Shown here: positions 53,157-64,000 of the stretch, piece after piece
Numbering within the stretch: position 1 is the stretch's first letter
Layout: the number at the start of each line of letters is the position of its first letter
Notes under the pieces: generated by a model
Told to the model about the DNA's origin: nothing
What the model saw: the letters and a program-made list of their open reading frames with translations, nothing else
Databases searched by the model: none
Position numbers and translations under genes: made by a program
From: Barthelona sp. PCE
Taxonomy: Eukaryota
Assembly (NCBI GenBank): GCA_040285745.1
Contig: JAUFOR010000002.1
Span: 2,046,001-2,110,000 of the forward strand
Direction: 5' to 3'
DNA length: 64,000 bases

Positions 53157-54672
53157 ATGGAAAGTGCAACAATTATTCCCGTGAATTCGGAGAGAAAGGT
53201 TATCAAAGAGGACGTCCCCGTTCTACTTAAGGTATGTGATATATTCGCAAAATTTTGTGTTCAAGAAGCGTCTGACTTGGTTGTATAAGTGCTGATCGGA
53301 AGTGGCTGCCAGTTTTCCAGTGTCATACGAGTGTCTAGTATAGAACATTGCAATAATAAGTTGTTTTTCTATACAAGCTACTCATTACATTTGGAATTTT
53401 TGGAACCTCACTTTCAAGGCCAATATTGCACCGAATATATGTCAATATGCAAGAAACACACCTGCGATAGAATTAAAGTTTTTTTCTAACATTTAGGGTT
53501 GGGATGAGATGAACAACACTGGAGCAAGCTACACACCACTTGAGGGCGGTCACTTGCCTAACAAGAGACCCCTGGAAGAGCATCTCAAGTACGGTTACAT
53601 CAGTTTGGATAAGCCTGCTAATCCTTCCACTCATGAGGTTGTATCTTGGATCAAGCGCATCCTTCGTGTCGAGAAGACCTCAAGCACAGGAACCTTGGAT
53701 CCTGCTGTTACTGGAGAGTGTGTCATTCTACTTAACCGCGGATCTCGTCTTACAAAGGCTCAGCAGGAAGCAGGAAAGCAGTACGTGTGTCTCTGCCGCC
53801 TCGGTGACCCCACCACCAAGGACCCAGACTTTGTGATGCCGACAGAGCAGGATGTTATTCGTGTTCTCCAGGAACTCACTGGACCTCTTCTTCAGAGGCC
53901 ACCAGAGAAATCAGCTGTCAAGCGTGTTCTCCGTGTCCGTAAGATTACCAACAACACCCTCCTCGAGTACAAGCCCGAAACCAGACAGATCCTCTTTACC
54001 AGCGACTGTCAGGCTGGTACCTACATGCGTACTCTTTGCGAGCACATTGGTATCATGCTCCGCACCACTGGAACAATGGAAGAGCTCCGTAGAAGCCGTT
54101 CCGGCCACGTCAGCGAGATGAGCGCAGTGACCATGCACGATTTGTTGGACGCTCAGTATCACTATGACCACACTGGAAGCGAACTTTTACTCCGTGAGGC
54201 CATCCATCCTCTCGAGGATCTGCTCGTGCACCACAAGCGCATTATCGTTAAGGATTCATGTATCAACGCCTTATGTTACGGCGCCCCCCTCCACTATCAG
54301 GGTATCCTTAGGTATGATGCCGAGATTGTCGAAGGAGATGTTATTGTGCTTGTGAGCACAAAGGGTGAGGCCATTGCTCTTGCTACAGCCGGTTTATCAT
54401 CATTCTCTCTACAGAACGCTACCTTTGGCATCGCTGCTCGTATTAAGCGTGTCATTATGGATAAGGACACTTATAAGCAGCGCTGGGGTAAGGGTCCTCG
54501 TGCGTTGCAGAAGAAGAAGCTGAAGGAAGATGGAATGCTGGACAAGTACGGTCGGCCTAATGATCGTACCCCTCCTGAATGGTTTAGAAAGGTTATTCTT
54601 ATGAAGGGAGAAGAAGAGAACCGCAAGGAAGAGGGTGAAGGAATGCCCTACAAGATTCAGCGCACCGAATAA
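53157..54672 (+). CDS. CBF5: H/ACA pseudouridine synthase Cbf5/dyskerin (exons 53157-53231 and 53497-54672)
   Basis: PVLLK|GWDEM; LDKPANPSTHEVVSWIKRIL, GTLDP, AGTYMRTLC, PUA domain. Confidence 0.95.
53232..53496 (+). other. Spliceosomal intron, 265 nt
   Basis: GTATGT...TCTAACATTTAG, phase 0. Confidence 0.9.
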
Positions 54673-54832
54673 TAAAGAGCCAAATGCTTGATTACATATT
54701 TTCAATGTTGAGTTATTAATTTTTACTCACCAGAGTGGTTTGTATGCGAAAACCAACCCACTGCAAAAGAAAAAGTGGCTTAACAACTCCTACCGAGTAT
54801 ATAACTCTTTTCATCACATACATTGATTTAGA

Positions 54833-55449
54833 ATGGCTCCGAAGTACGATAAGAAGATCATCAAGCAATTAGAGAAGATGGGCGCCGAGAAAGTCGAGGA
54901 TTTCTCACGTATTGCCTTGAATCATCAGGAAGTATGTGTTTCAGCACCGTTTCTTTATTTTAAGCAGCTGGGTAGCAACGAGTTCCGACCTTAAGGGATT
55001 TGGACAACCAGCAGCAAAGATATTGGTGTTGTATTGTTAACAATGCCTCTAATATTTAGTACCAGCTTGTTTTCACTGATAAGTTTAGCGTTTACCAAAT
55101 TCCCGGCACCGATACCTACTATGTGATCGGTAGCTTCGGTTCCGTTGACCTCAACCAGGTTCGTCAATTCGATAGCATGATGGAGAAGGGTGCCAACGCT
55201 CCTGCTATGGAGACCCCCGCTGTCCCCACACAGGCTGAAGCCACACAGGAAGAGGGATCTGCTGAGGAAGAGATTCCTACTGAGGAAGAGATTGCTGAGT
55301 ACATTGCTGATGTTGATATGGATGAGTACGAAGAAGATTTGCAGGCCATTATCGCCAACAAGGAGATGTCCCGTGAGCTTGCTGCTTACTACCTTAAGAA
55401 GTACGATTTTGATCCCATTGAAGTCGTTTTGAACCTTGGCACTGAGTAA
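54833..55449 (+). CDS. Nascent polypeptide-associated complex alpha-like (exons 54833-54931 and 55060-55449)
   Basis: KKIIKQLEKMG, VYQIPGTDTYYVIG (NAC domain), C-terminal UBA-like region. Confidence 0.8.
54932..55059 (+). other. Spliceosomal intron, 128 nt
   Basis: GTATGT...TCTAATATTTAG, phase 0. Confidence 0.9.
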
Positions 55450-55692
55450 CTTTCGCCATTGGTACGAATGGCTCCCAGCTAGGCATTCAGCGCTTAGTGG
55501 AGTAAAATTATGATTGATATTCATGGTTATGTTTTTTTTATGATAATAGATCCCTCTTTATTTTACTTTTCTGCTTATTAACAAAGAAAGTAATGTCATT
55601 TAAACCACAAACTTGAATATGTGCTACATCTATATGGATTGAATGAATCGTATCAGTTTTTTTACTCTCTTTCATCATATTTATTGACAAAA

Positions 55693-57426
55693 ATGAACGA
55701 TCCTGGGTATTTGATGCAGCAGGCAGAACAGATTGAGTTTGAAAAGAGGCATATTAGACCAAGTGCACGTATTGTGGGTAATCAAGCCAGAAAATCTGCT
55801 TTGGCTCAGATTTCAAAGAAAAGACTTGTTATTAAAGAACGTAATGCATCTACACGTCCCTCGAAACCACGTCCATTTCGAGAAAATCCAGTAATCGCTG
55901 TCCAAAAAAAAATTTTTAAACCAAGGAAAAGGAATGTGAAACTTCGTACACTAGATTATGCAGCCCCCTACGACCATGACAAGTCACACGATAATGATTC
56001 AGATAGTGATGGAGATTTGAGCAAGTTGCGTTTCGGTTTTAGTGGACGCACAATTTCTGTTGATGAAAGTCGTAACATCGAGGGCGGAGAGGGGTTGCAC
56101 CACCATGGAGGAGCTGTTCACCGTGCAGGATACACTATACACGAAGTATTAGATTTATTGAGATCTACACAACAAGAGCAAAGGGAGTTTGCATGCTCCA
56201 TCGTTATTAACATTGTAGACAAGCAGAATGAGCGGATGGATGTTCAAAAGGCGGTATTGGAGAACTTCCCGCGTGTATTCAAGGTGTTGTATCCTAAGTT
56301 TATTACATGTACGCTGGAAAGGTATATGTGCATGCTTCTTTCTCGTCTTTTTCCTCCAAAGAATCAGTTCATTGATTACATACTCGGTTGTCTCTTGTTT
56401 TCGCTCCAGGATGATTTCTTTCCATATTTTGGCCCAAAAAAGCATCAAAAGTTATTTCCAGACGATGTTGAGGAAAAGCATATCCTCTCTCTTATTTTGG
56501 ACAGTGGGTTCCACAGTACACTCGTAGATCCTCTCAACGTGAAGCTTTACGCGCATTTCTTGAGTGGGTGTTTGCTTGTTTGTGAGGAGATAGCTGCAAG
56601 AGCTATTCCTCAATTGAGGATGATGTTTACCAAGTTGGGAGACGAAGTTGACGATTTAAGTGCTCTAGCGTGTCTGGTGCGGTGTCCATCGATCCTACCT
56701 AAGGCGTATCTTGTGCGTGCAAACGAAATTGTTGAGGCAGATCATGGTGAGGAGGCAGTTGATGTAGATCAAATTTTTGTACCAAACATTCCGTATTCAC
56801 TGCTCCCTCTCCGCTTCGTTGGCGCACGCAATGTTGCCCAGGTGCGCTGGATGAAGCGTTCAGGTGCTGATTATCATAAAGAAGCTATTAGTTTTTTCAC
56901 AGCTCAGCCAGTTTTTCTCCCACACTCTGGCTTGTCTTTTGTGGATCCCACAAGGCTGAGCGACCACGAAATGGCACGACTCATCGCCAGAGTGAACCCA
57001 GGTATCGGTTTTATGCGATCTTTACTGAAAGAAGTGTATAACATCGAACTTGAGCCTGAAATTTATGTTTTCTCTGACTTTGAGGTCACAAAGTACCCGG
57101 GAATGATTTTATTTGTGCTACATGGTGCGCTTCGTCATCTAATCTTCGAGTTTGACGAAGAAATGCTATGTAATTTGGCTGACACGGCTGTTCTTCAGCC
57201 AGGAGTATGCTGGCTGTTAGAAGAGCTCAAAGGAACAGCAGAGCGCATAAAACAGGCAGAAGAGGGTACACTTGACGCCTGGATGAGGTTTATGCAACGT
57301 GGCGATCATTTCGGTGTTGAGATATCTACAAAGAACTGCCGTTTCGTACTAAAAAGTCTCGGATTCAAGGCCGAGCGTAGGTTTAGAGAGGTTCTTGGCG
57401 CCAACATTGACCGTATTGTTTCATAA
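55693..57426 (+). CDS. RPAP1: RNA polymerase II-associated protein 1 (RPAP1/Rba50)-like
   Basis: LRFGFSG, GLHHHG..AGYTIHEVLDLLRS..EQR motif. Confidence 0.8.
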   Translation: MNDPGYLMQQAEQIEFEKRHIRPSARIVGNQARKSALAQISKKRLVIKERNASTRPSKPRPFRENPVIAVQKKIFKPRKRNVKLRTLDYAAPYDHDKSHDNDSDSDGDLSKLRFGFSGRTISVDESRNIEGGEGLHHHGGAVHRAGYTIHEVLDLLRSTQQEQREFACSIVINIVDKQNERMDVQKAVLENFPRVFKVLYPKFITCTLERYMCMLLSRLFPPKNQFIDYILGCLLFSLQDDFFPYFGPKKHQKLFPDDVEEKHILSLILDSGFHSTLVDPLNVKLYAHFLSGCLLVCEEIAARAIPQLRMMFTKLGDEVDDLSALACLVRCPSILPKAYLVRANEIVEADHGEEAVDVDQIFVPNIPYSLLPLRFVGARNVAQVRWMKRSGADYHKEAISFFTAQPVFLPHSGLSFVDPTRLSDHEMARLIARVNPGIGFMRSLLKEVYNIELEPEIYVFSDFEVTKYPGMILFVLHGALRHLIFEFDEEMLCNLADTAVLQPGVCWLLEELKGTAERIKQAEEGTLDAWMRFMQRGDHFGVEISTKNCRFVLKSLGFKAERRFREVLGANIDRIVS

Positions 57427-57481
57427 TTTTTTTTTTTTGGGTGTTTTCATTTGTGAATTCAGTTTTTTAGTAAAATCAATT

Positions 57482-58642
57482 TTACTGCGTTTGGCACTCT
57501 GGGTTTTGTTGACCTTCACCGCCTTCTTCGCCGCCCTGTGCGCCGCCCATTGCACCAAACATACTTCCCATCATGTTTTGAATCATACTAGGGTCGATAT
57601 TCTGCAACATCTGCTGCGACATATCCATCATAGCGTTCGTTGTGTTCTCATCCATCTCTTCGCCAGTGAGCGACGTCATGATGCCGTTAACCATGGATCC
57701 GAGTTGGCCTCTGGCCTCTGGGTTTTCAAACACCTCATTGATGGGAATAGCTTGCTCGTTATCTACTTGGACAACAGGTTCTGGAGCGGGCTCCGGCTGT
57801 ACAGAATCGCGCTCGGGTTCTTGCGCGGGTGCAGCAATTGTTGGGGCAACCGGTGCAGTGGGGAGGGTATCCATCATTTGGAGAATTCTTTCCTGAGGGT
57901 TGAGCTCATACGCCTTCATGAACGCATTTTTAGCCTCATCATACTGACCGAGGGCGTTCAGAGCGTGTCCGAGGTTCAGATGTGCTTTGCCGTAATCGGG
58001 CGCCAAATCGATGGCGTGTTCGCAGTCTGCAACGGCAGCCCCGAAGCGGTCCAGTCGGAGGTTAGCTGCTGCTCTGTTGCAATAATAGATGGGGTTCTCG
58101 GGTTCCGCCTCGATAGCCTCACTATATGAAAGGATCGCCTGCCCATAGTTCTTCTCCCTCATAAATGCATTTCCCTTTTGCTTTAGATTCTCAGAGAACT
58201 GCTCGTTTTGGATTGGGAGAGTCATGTTGTCCATCTCCTCTTGGTGGCTTTTCTGACCCATAAACAGTTTAACGAAGAGTTCTTTTGAGGAAGGCAGGAC
58301 TTCAGTGCTAATCGCATTATATCGAATGTAATCAACGCGGAGACCAACAATCTTCTGCATTATATTACCCTGATCGATGTTGTCGAACACTCCGCGGCGA
58401 ATAAGGCGTTGGAGGTATAACTCGAACTTCTTACCATGATTTAAGTTGTTTTTAAGCTTCTTGTAGATCAAGACAGAGCGCTCGAGGTCTACAGAATCCT
58501 CCTCAATGTCGAGGCAGTGTTTTTCAGCATAAGTTTCGAGCCACCCCAATGCTTGTTGCAGATTCTCATCTTTCTCCTGCATATTGAGCTTAGAGAGGAA
58601 CTGGATGACAGACGAGAACGTTTCAGCTTTGTTAAAATCCAT
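57482..58642 (-). CDS. SGTA/Sgt2-like TPR co-chaperone
   Basis: N-terminal dimerisation-like segment, three TPRs (LKQKGN, YYCNRAAA, YGKAHLNLG), M/Q-rich C-terminus. Confidence 0.75.
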   Translation of the reverse strand: MDFNKAETFSSVIQFLSKLNMQEKDENLQQALGWLETYAEKHCLDIEEDSVDLERSVLIYKKLKNNLNHGKKFELYLQRLIRRGVFDNIDQGNIMQKIVGLRVDYIRYNAISTEVLPSSKELFVKLFMGQKSHQEEMDNMTLPIQNEQFSENLKQKGNAFMREKNYGQAILSYSEAIEAEPENPIYYCNRAAANLRLDRFGAAVADCEHAIDLAPDYGKAHLNLGHALNALGQYDEAKNAFMKAYELNPQERILQMMDTLPTAPVAPTIAAPAQEPERDSVQPEPAPEPVVQVDNEQAIPINEVFENPEARGQLGSMVNGIMTSLTGEEMDENTTNAMMDMSQQMLQNIDPSMIQNMMGSMFGAMGGAQGGEEGGEGQQNPECQTQ

Positions 58643-58703
58643 TTTTCTATTGAAATCGGTTATGAAAAATAAAACTCATTAAAAAGTAATACATAGAATT
58701 TAC

Positions 58704-60074
58704 TCATTCCTTGAAATGCTCGAGCCGCCTGTTGCGGTATGTCTGGTAAAGGTCATTCTTAAATTCAAGCGTAGATTTCAGCTTCTGTTCGTTTCCGCGT
58801 AAAACATCTAAAAACTCGGTGTTCTGCTGCACCAAATCATCTACAGTTGTTACCTTTAGCTTGAACTCCTTGTTGATGATATCAATTTCGTCGTCCAAAC
58901 CACTGGGGAACTTGTAGCAAACTTCCCTTCTAGTGTTGTTGTATATGTTCGCAATGACTGGCCCCAGCACCTGCTTGGCATCTTCGACGTCATCCAATAC
59001 TAGAGTTTCTGATTGGATCTCCCCGTATCCCATCTTGAGGGTGATGTTAAAATCCTCAATAGGCTCCTTCGGCACAAGCTCCTGTGGCACCTCGATATGC
59101 TCTTGGTTGAGGTCAACAGGAAGGCACTGGTCGATGGAAGTGAACTGTATTGTCGTTGGCGTGGGTTTCGGTAGAGCAACCTTTGGTACCTGATTTTTTT
59201 CATCTTTCTCAGGGATGTCAACCGGTGACAGTGGGATAGTGAGGCTGGGCATTTTCTCGTCACGTGTTACGCTGATGCTAATTTTTGCGGGTGGCGACTT
59301 CACGTTCTTCTCATCTGATCGAGTTAATTGAACCAGTTGACAAAGGGCGTTAATCGAGTCTATCCATGACTGGGCAACGATGCCGTTCACGGCAAGAAAC
59401 ACCAGTTTGATAGTGGAGAAGTGCACGACCCACACTCCTTCCTTGACGCCAACAAGTGCAGGCTCTGTGATGGATCCGAGGCTCAGGTTAAGAATAGGTT
59501 GCTCATCCCCTTCTCTCTCGTATATAAGCATGCGTTCTTGCGTCAGGAGGAGGAACACACGCATGAATGACATGTCTGGTCGGCCCAACTCGCTCGGGGT
59601 GGGGCTCAACAGGGCCATGTTAGCGGATTTGATAGAGGATACACTGAACTCGCTAACTTCCTCCTTGATGCTACGTAATATCTGTAGTAGCTCTTCTCTG
59701 CGACCATTGGTGACAGAGAACGTGAAGAAGATGCTGCTTTCGAGGAGATTAAATGAAAATTCGTCCTCATTATCTTTTGCTGGTTGGATCGATGAAATAT
59801 CTGCGATTGAATGTGTGGTTGTGAGCGCGTTGTCTCTGGGAGACACGATACGAATTTGTTTGTGCTCTAAATATGAGATTGTGACTTTTAAAAATATCCT
59901 AATCTTCCTTACACGCAGATACATATATTTGGTACATGTGGAGTACCGTTATATGCTGGATACGCTTCATAAAGAAGATAGATACACTGTAGACATACCA
60001 ACAACTAGTTTTCTGAGTAGCTTACGTTTCCCACTGCCCACGATCTTATAGACTTCAAATTCTGTGACCGTCAT
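58704..60074 (-). CDS. Tandem PH-like domain protein with C-terminal coiled coil (exons 60074-59999 and 59866-58704)
   Basis: Spliced MTVTEFEVYKIVGSGKRKLLRKLVVE|HKQIR; AQSWIDSIN is a PH-type terminal helix. Confidence 0.7.
59867..59998 (-). other. Spliceosomal intron, 132 nt
   Basis: GTATGT...TCTCATATTTAG; restores the frame to ATG 60074. Confidence 0.85.
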
Positions 60075-60899
60075 GGTATTTGAAGACCTCTAAACCGTAA
60101 AAATTCCTTGAAATGGGTACAATATCGTAAAACATTCTATTGGTTTGAACTCTTATAGAGTAATACTATATTGGACACGTATAGCGTGTGAAAAAACTGT
60201 ACTTGAGTCTATGCGGTACTTTACAATTGCTTTAACATGAGGTTTAAATTTTTGCCTGGAATTGAGTTTTGCATTCAAATTTTAATTTCAAGTCCTTTTC
60301 AACGTCCCCTGTTCGTTTTAGTTGCAATACAGGCAGATCTAAGCTATTTAATATGTGTACGAATGATCAACTTTTGTAACGCATCATAAAAAGTCTTTTA
60401 TGGATATTTAGAGTTATATTTTCGATCACCCAATGTTTAGAAAAGGACTGTTAGGGTGTGTGTGATGTATGTTTAAGACATATAAGTAAAAATAGTTTAA
60501 CCTGGTTTAGTGATAAAATAGTATCTGCAGGTTATTTTAAATACGGAAAAAAACTTATAGAACCCACAGAAGCGAAGGAAATATAGAACGAAATGGTAAA
60601 GAAAATAATTTTCAAGTTCAAGTACTTCTATGGTTGAAGCACTTTCAAAGTGCTACTGACTGAGGTGAAATAGCCTACAGTAACAATAAACGAGAGTAAT
60701 GTAAGATAAGTTAGCAAATGCAAAAAGTTCAGTTTTGGAAAATGAATATCTGTCACGCTGAATATAAACAGGATTATAGCACTAATAGATGTGAGAAGTA
60801 TCATCCTAACACACGTCAATGATAGTGTAAAGGATATATTGTGCTTTGTAAGGTATTTTTGATTTTCTCCCTTCTTCTTACTTTGGATTAAATCTGCAT

Positions 60900-62435
60900 A
60901 TGGTAGCAACGCTTCCTATTCCATATCATGACTACATTTTCACACCAAACGTCATTTTGGTCGTGGCAACATTCTTCTCATTTTTGTTTTCGTTTGCAAT
61001 GGGTGCAAATGATTCCGCAAATTCACTAGGAACAGCCGTGGGTAGTAAGTCAATCTCGTTACGTAAGGCACTATTAATTGGTGGTCTTTTTGAGGGTATT
61101 GGAACAGTACTTCTTGGAGCAGCTGTCTCAGATACCATTCGTAAGTCCATTATTGATCTCGACACAACAATTGAGTGGCGAGACTTTGCAGCTGGTATGT
61201 TGTGTGTTCTAATTGGAGGTTTCGTCTTCATCCTAGGTGCCACCTTCCTTAATCTTCCTGTCTCAACCACACACGCCGTTGTATCTGCCACAGCTGGCTG
61301 GTCTGTTGTCTACAAGGGGGATTTCTCTTCACTCAACATGGGTAAGTTGGGTACTATCGCAGCTTCTTGGGTTCTTTCTCCTGTGTTTGGTGGTCTTTGC
61401 GCTTATCTCATGTACAAGGTTGTGGAGGCAACGTCCATTAAGAAGGATGAGCCCTCCCAGTCGACCCAAAGAATGATGCCTGTATATTTCGGAGTTACTA
61501 TCTTTATCCTTTCCATGTTCATTACAGTCAAGGCTTTCCCTGATGAGTGGAACGTAAGCATGCTTGTCGCCACAATCATGGCTGTTGTGATCAGTATTGT
61601 TTCTACCGTTGTCTTTTATTTCACAGCAATGAAGAAGTACAAGCATCGTTACCCCAAGGGCTGCGATGAAGATTTCCCTCTTGAGGAACACATGAAGCCC
61701 GTTGAAGAAGAAAGCGAGATCGAGGTTGAGCTCTCTGAAATGGAGGATGCCGAAGAAGCCGAAACCGTTGAAGGCGAGGAGAAGGAGGAGCACAAGACAC
61801 GCCGTCGTGCTAACTCTTTGCTCCGTGATAAGGACGTCCTTGGATACGGTTCTAACTCTGATAGCGATTCCGACAGCAGTGATGAAGAGGACGATAACCT
61901 CAAGGTAGCCGCCCACGCTAAGTTCACCCCCGGTCAGCTTATGTTCATCCCTCTCCAAGTCATTGCATCTTTCGCACAGGCTCTCGGCCACGGTGCTAAC
62001 GATGCAGCTAACGCCCTCGCACCCCTTGGTGCCATTGTCGGTGTGTGGCAGACCGAATCCATCGAGCTTGAGAACGCCATTCCCATGTGGGCTACTCTTC
62101 TGACTGCTACTGGTATCATTATTGGTCTCCTTGTATTAGGTCACCGCGTTATTGGTACGATTGGTGAGGGTATTGCCTCAGTCTGCCCAAGATCCGGTTT
62201 CGTCGCATCATTCGCCTCTACGCTTATGGTTTTGATTGGATCAGCTCTTGGTCTTCCTCTATCTTCCTCTCACATTCTCACAGGGTCAGTTGTCGGTGTA
62301 TCCATCGCAAAGGGTGTCCCTGTTAAGTGGAAGCTCGTTGGTTCAATCGGTATCAGTTGGATCGTCACATTACCCGCATCTGCCGCCGCTACGGCAGGTT
62401 TCTACGCCCTGATTAAACTTGGGCAGTCCTCATAG
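60900..62435 (+). CDS. PiT/PHO4 (SLC20) inorganic phosphate transporter
   Basis: GANDSANSLGTAVGS, LPVSTTH, HGANDAANA, GLPLSSSH. Confidence 0.95.
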   Translation: MVATLPIPYHDYIFTPNVILVVATFFSFLFSFAMGANDSANSLGTAVGSKSISLRKALLIGGLFEGIGTVLLGAAVSDTIRKSIIDLDTTIEWRDFAAGMLCVLIGGFVFILGATFLNLPVSTTHAVVSATAGWSVVYKGDFSSLNMGKLGTIAASWVLSPVFGGLCAYLMYKVVEATSIKKDEPSQSTQRMMPVYFGVTIFILSMFITVKAFPDEWNVSMLVATIMAVVISIVSTVVFYFTAMKKYKHRYPKGCDEDFPLEEHMKPVEEESEIEVELSEMEDAEEAETVEGEEKEEHKTRRRANSLLRDKDVLGYGSNSDSDSDSSDEEDDNLKVAAHAKFTPGQLMFIPLQVIASFAQALGHGANDAANALAPLGAIVGVWQTESIELENAIPMWATLLTATGIIIGLLVLGHRVIGTIGEGIASVCPRSGFVASFASTLMVLIGSALGLPLSSSHILTGSVVGVSIAKGVPVKWKLVGSIGISWIVTLPASAAATAGFYALIKLGQSS

Positions 62436-62473
62436 TCATATCCCCGCTGTTAATTGCAGTAAAAACTTGTTTT

Positions 62474-63397
62474 TTATTCACTTTCATCGTCGTCTTCCAG
62501 CACTCTTTGCTGCTTCTTTTTGATTAGGTCAAAATCTTCGATATCGCTTTCGCTCGATAGTTCTCCGTCACTTTCATTGTAACCTCCAATACCATCCTCT
62601 ACTACAATTGAGCTGATTAACTTCAGTTCTTCCTGTTGCTCCTTTGATTTCTGACGACGTACCTGTGACGCTGTACGTTTCTTCTCCATCTCAAACAGTG
62701 GGATGGATGCTTCGTCGATAGGCTCGGGTTTTGGTTCTCTAAGTTTAGAAATATCTATATCGAAATCAATATCATCATCATTTACGCCAAGAGCTGTATT
62801 CATCGGCATTTGCATCGGTAGAGAACTATCCAAAGGTGCCACTGGATCGAATGGAGCGTTAGGGATGAAAGGTTCGAACTCTTCATCAGAAAAAACAAGA
62901 CTAGCATCATCTTCGTTACGGTGATGGTATAAATCATAGTGCTCCATGTTATATCCCCGCTGCTTGAGGGCTTCCAGCTGTGCTTCTGTGATTTCGGGAT
63001 CGAAACGACCCATCTCGGCAACATCTTTCAGTCGATTGCGAATCTTTGGGTTCTTGGCTTTTGTGAGGTTATAGATACCAAATGCAAATTTGGGAAAATC
63101 CTTGCCGCTTCTATTGTCGAAACGCATTGCCCAAGTACTGAAAAACTTGCTCAAGTACTCGAAAACTTGGCTTGGCCTCATTTTCTCCAATTTTTCAGGG
63201 GAGTAACAATATTTAAGCAGCCAGTTTACACCCACATCGGGGTCAAACAATCGCTCAGCCTTCTCACTAGCTGTTTGAGGTTTCTTACTGGTTTTTTTTT
63301 TAGCCGATTGAAGTTCATTCAGATCGAATGTATCATCGAGTAAATCACCCGGGTCCATGTCTATCATGGTATCTAGCATAGATGTTCTGTTGGTCAT
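62474..63397 (-). CDS. Tipin/Csm3/Swi3-like replication fork protection factor
   Basis: ERLFDPDVGVNWL..FFSTWAMRF..FPKF pattern; acidic tail. Confidence 0.5.
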   Translation of the reverse strand: MTNRTSMLDTMIDMDPGDLLDDTFDLNELQSAKKKTSKKPQTASEKAERLFDPDVGVNWLLKYCYSPEKLEKMRPSQVFEYLSKFFSTWAMRFDNRSGKDFPKFAFGIYNLTKAKNPKIRNRLKDVAEMGRFDPEITEAQLEALKQRGYNMEHYDLYHHRNEDDASLVFSDEEFEPFIPNAPFDPVAPLDSSLPMQMPMNTALGVNDDDIDFDIDISKLREPKPEPIDEASIPLFEMEKKRTASQVRRQKSKEQQEELKLISSIVVEDGIGGYNESDGELSSESDIEDFDLIKKKQQRVLEDDDESE

Positions 63398-63567
63398 TGC
63401 AATTTTGACGACATAGATGTGAAAAGGGATGTAAGTGCAATTACATGGAATATTGTCGCTGTATAGCTTCCTAATTACATTGAGACAGGAAGGAAGGGTG
63501 AATTATATTTTTTAAGTATATGTGGAAGTGTTTGTGAGTTTTTTTCTTATCTAACATCATTCAGCAC

Positions 63568-64000
63568 ATGAAATCAGCGGATCAAATCATCAAAGAGGCA
63601 AAGGAGCAGGTCCAAAAGGGGGATATTAGCAAAGCAGCTAATATTCTAGTAAGGGGTGTTGATTCATACCCTGAAAACATCACAATGCTTGAAACAGCAG
63701 CTGAAATATTCATGATGGGCCAGCTGGGGCCACAGGCGCTTTACTGTTTGGAACAATCTTTTAAACTGGACGATGAAGGAAAGCGTGCCACTCGTCATTT
63801 CCTTATAGGGCAACTGCTTGACGCAGAGTCCGCCGTTGAGCATCTTACATCAGCATTTGACATACTTACGAGTGGAATCGATGAAGAATTGTCGGAGAAA
63901 GAGATGGTTAGTCGTGTTGGCGATGTTTTGTGCGCTTTACTCGAGACTTACATCACCGATCTTGCCGAGAACCTGGATGAAAACGAGGGTTTCAAGGCTG
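63568..64000 (+). CDS. Acl4-like TPR protein (Rpl4 assembly chaperone), 3' partial
   Basis: ATG 63568, open to window end; HFLIGQL and LCALLETYITDL motifs. Confidence 0.6.
   Translation, partial: MKSADQIIKEAKEQVQKGDISKAANILVRGVDSYPENITMLETAAEIFMMGQLGPQALYCLEQSFKLDDEGKRATRHFLIGQLLDAESAVEHLTSAFDILTSGIDEELSEKEMVSRVGDVLCALLETYITDLAENLDENEGFKA

Noticed and set aside
4305-59998. Trans-spliced (split) introns
   Set aside because: Every donor found has its in-frame acceptor in cis within 300 nt; no orphan half-intron identified.
57395-62119. Long antisense ORFs (57395-58129, 59380-60051, 61329-61991) and similar ones elsewhere
   Set aside because: Shadows of well-supported genes on the opposite strand; no motifs.
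1-64000. Alternative nuclear genetic code for the host
   Set aside because: Conserved genes end at expected positions with TAA, TAG and TGA and have no internal stops.

Overview
Gene-dense eukaryotic DNA using the standard genetic code, with about 30 genes and short intergenic spacers. The introns have GTATG donors and a fused 12-nt branch-point/acceptor, which points to a metamonad-like protist (inference). Housekeeping blocks lie at about 1-13 kb (importin-beta, GSK3-like kinase, WD40 protein, Rab5, Pat1, prefoldin-3, PLD3, Vps25, Med27-like, Mrt4) and about 50-64 kb (CCT protein, Fip1, Cbf5, NAC-alpha, RPAP1, SGT2, PH protein, PiT, Tipin-like, Acl4-like). They flank an accessory block containing two tandem ~1400-aa propeller-coiled coil-kinase-HECT-RBR fusion paralogs with reciprocal catalytic losses, two tRNA genes, a divergent XRN nuclease, and a 6.8-kb tyrosine-recombinase retrotransposon with split direct repeats (A1-ORFs-B1-A2-B2). 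The block also holds short structured tandem repeats, one collinear with the element's B repeat. Seven spliceosomal introns were reconstructed; the five long ones fold back so that their unpaired length (38-46 nt) matches the two short ones (42 and 44 nt). All calls come from motif recognition by eye; no searches or folding programs were run.
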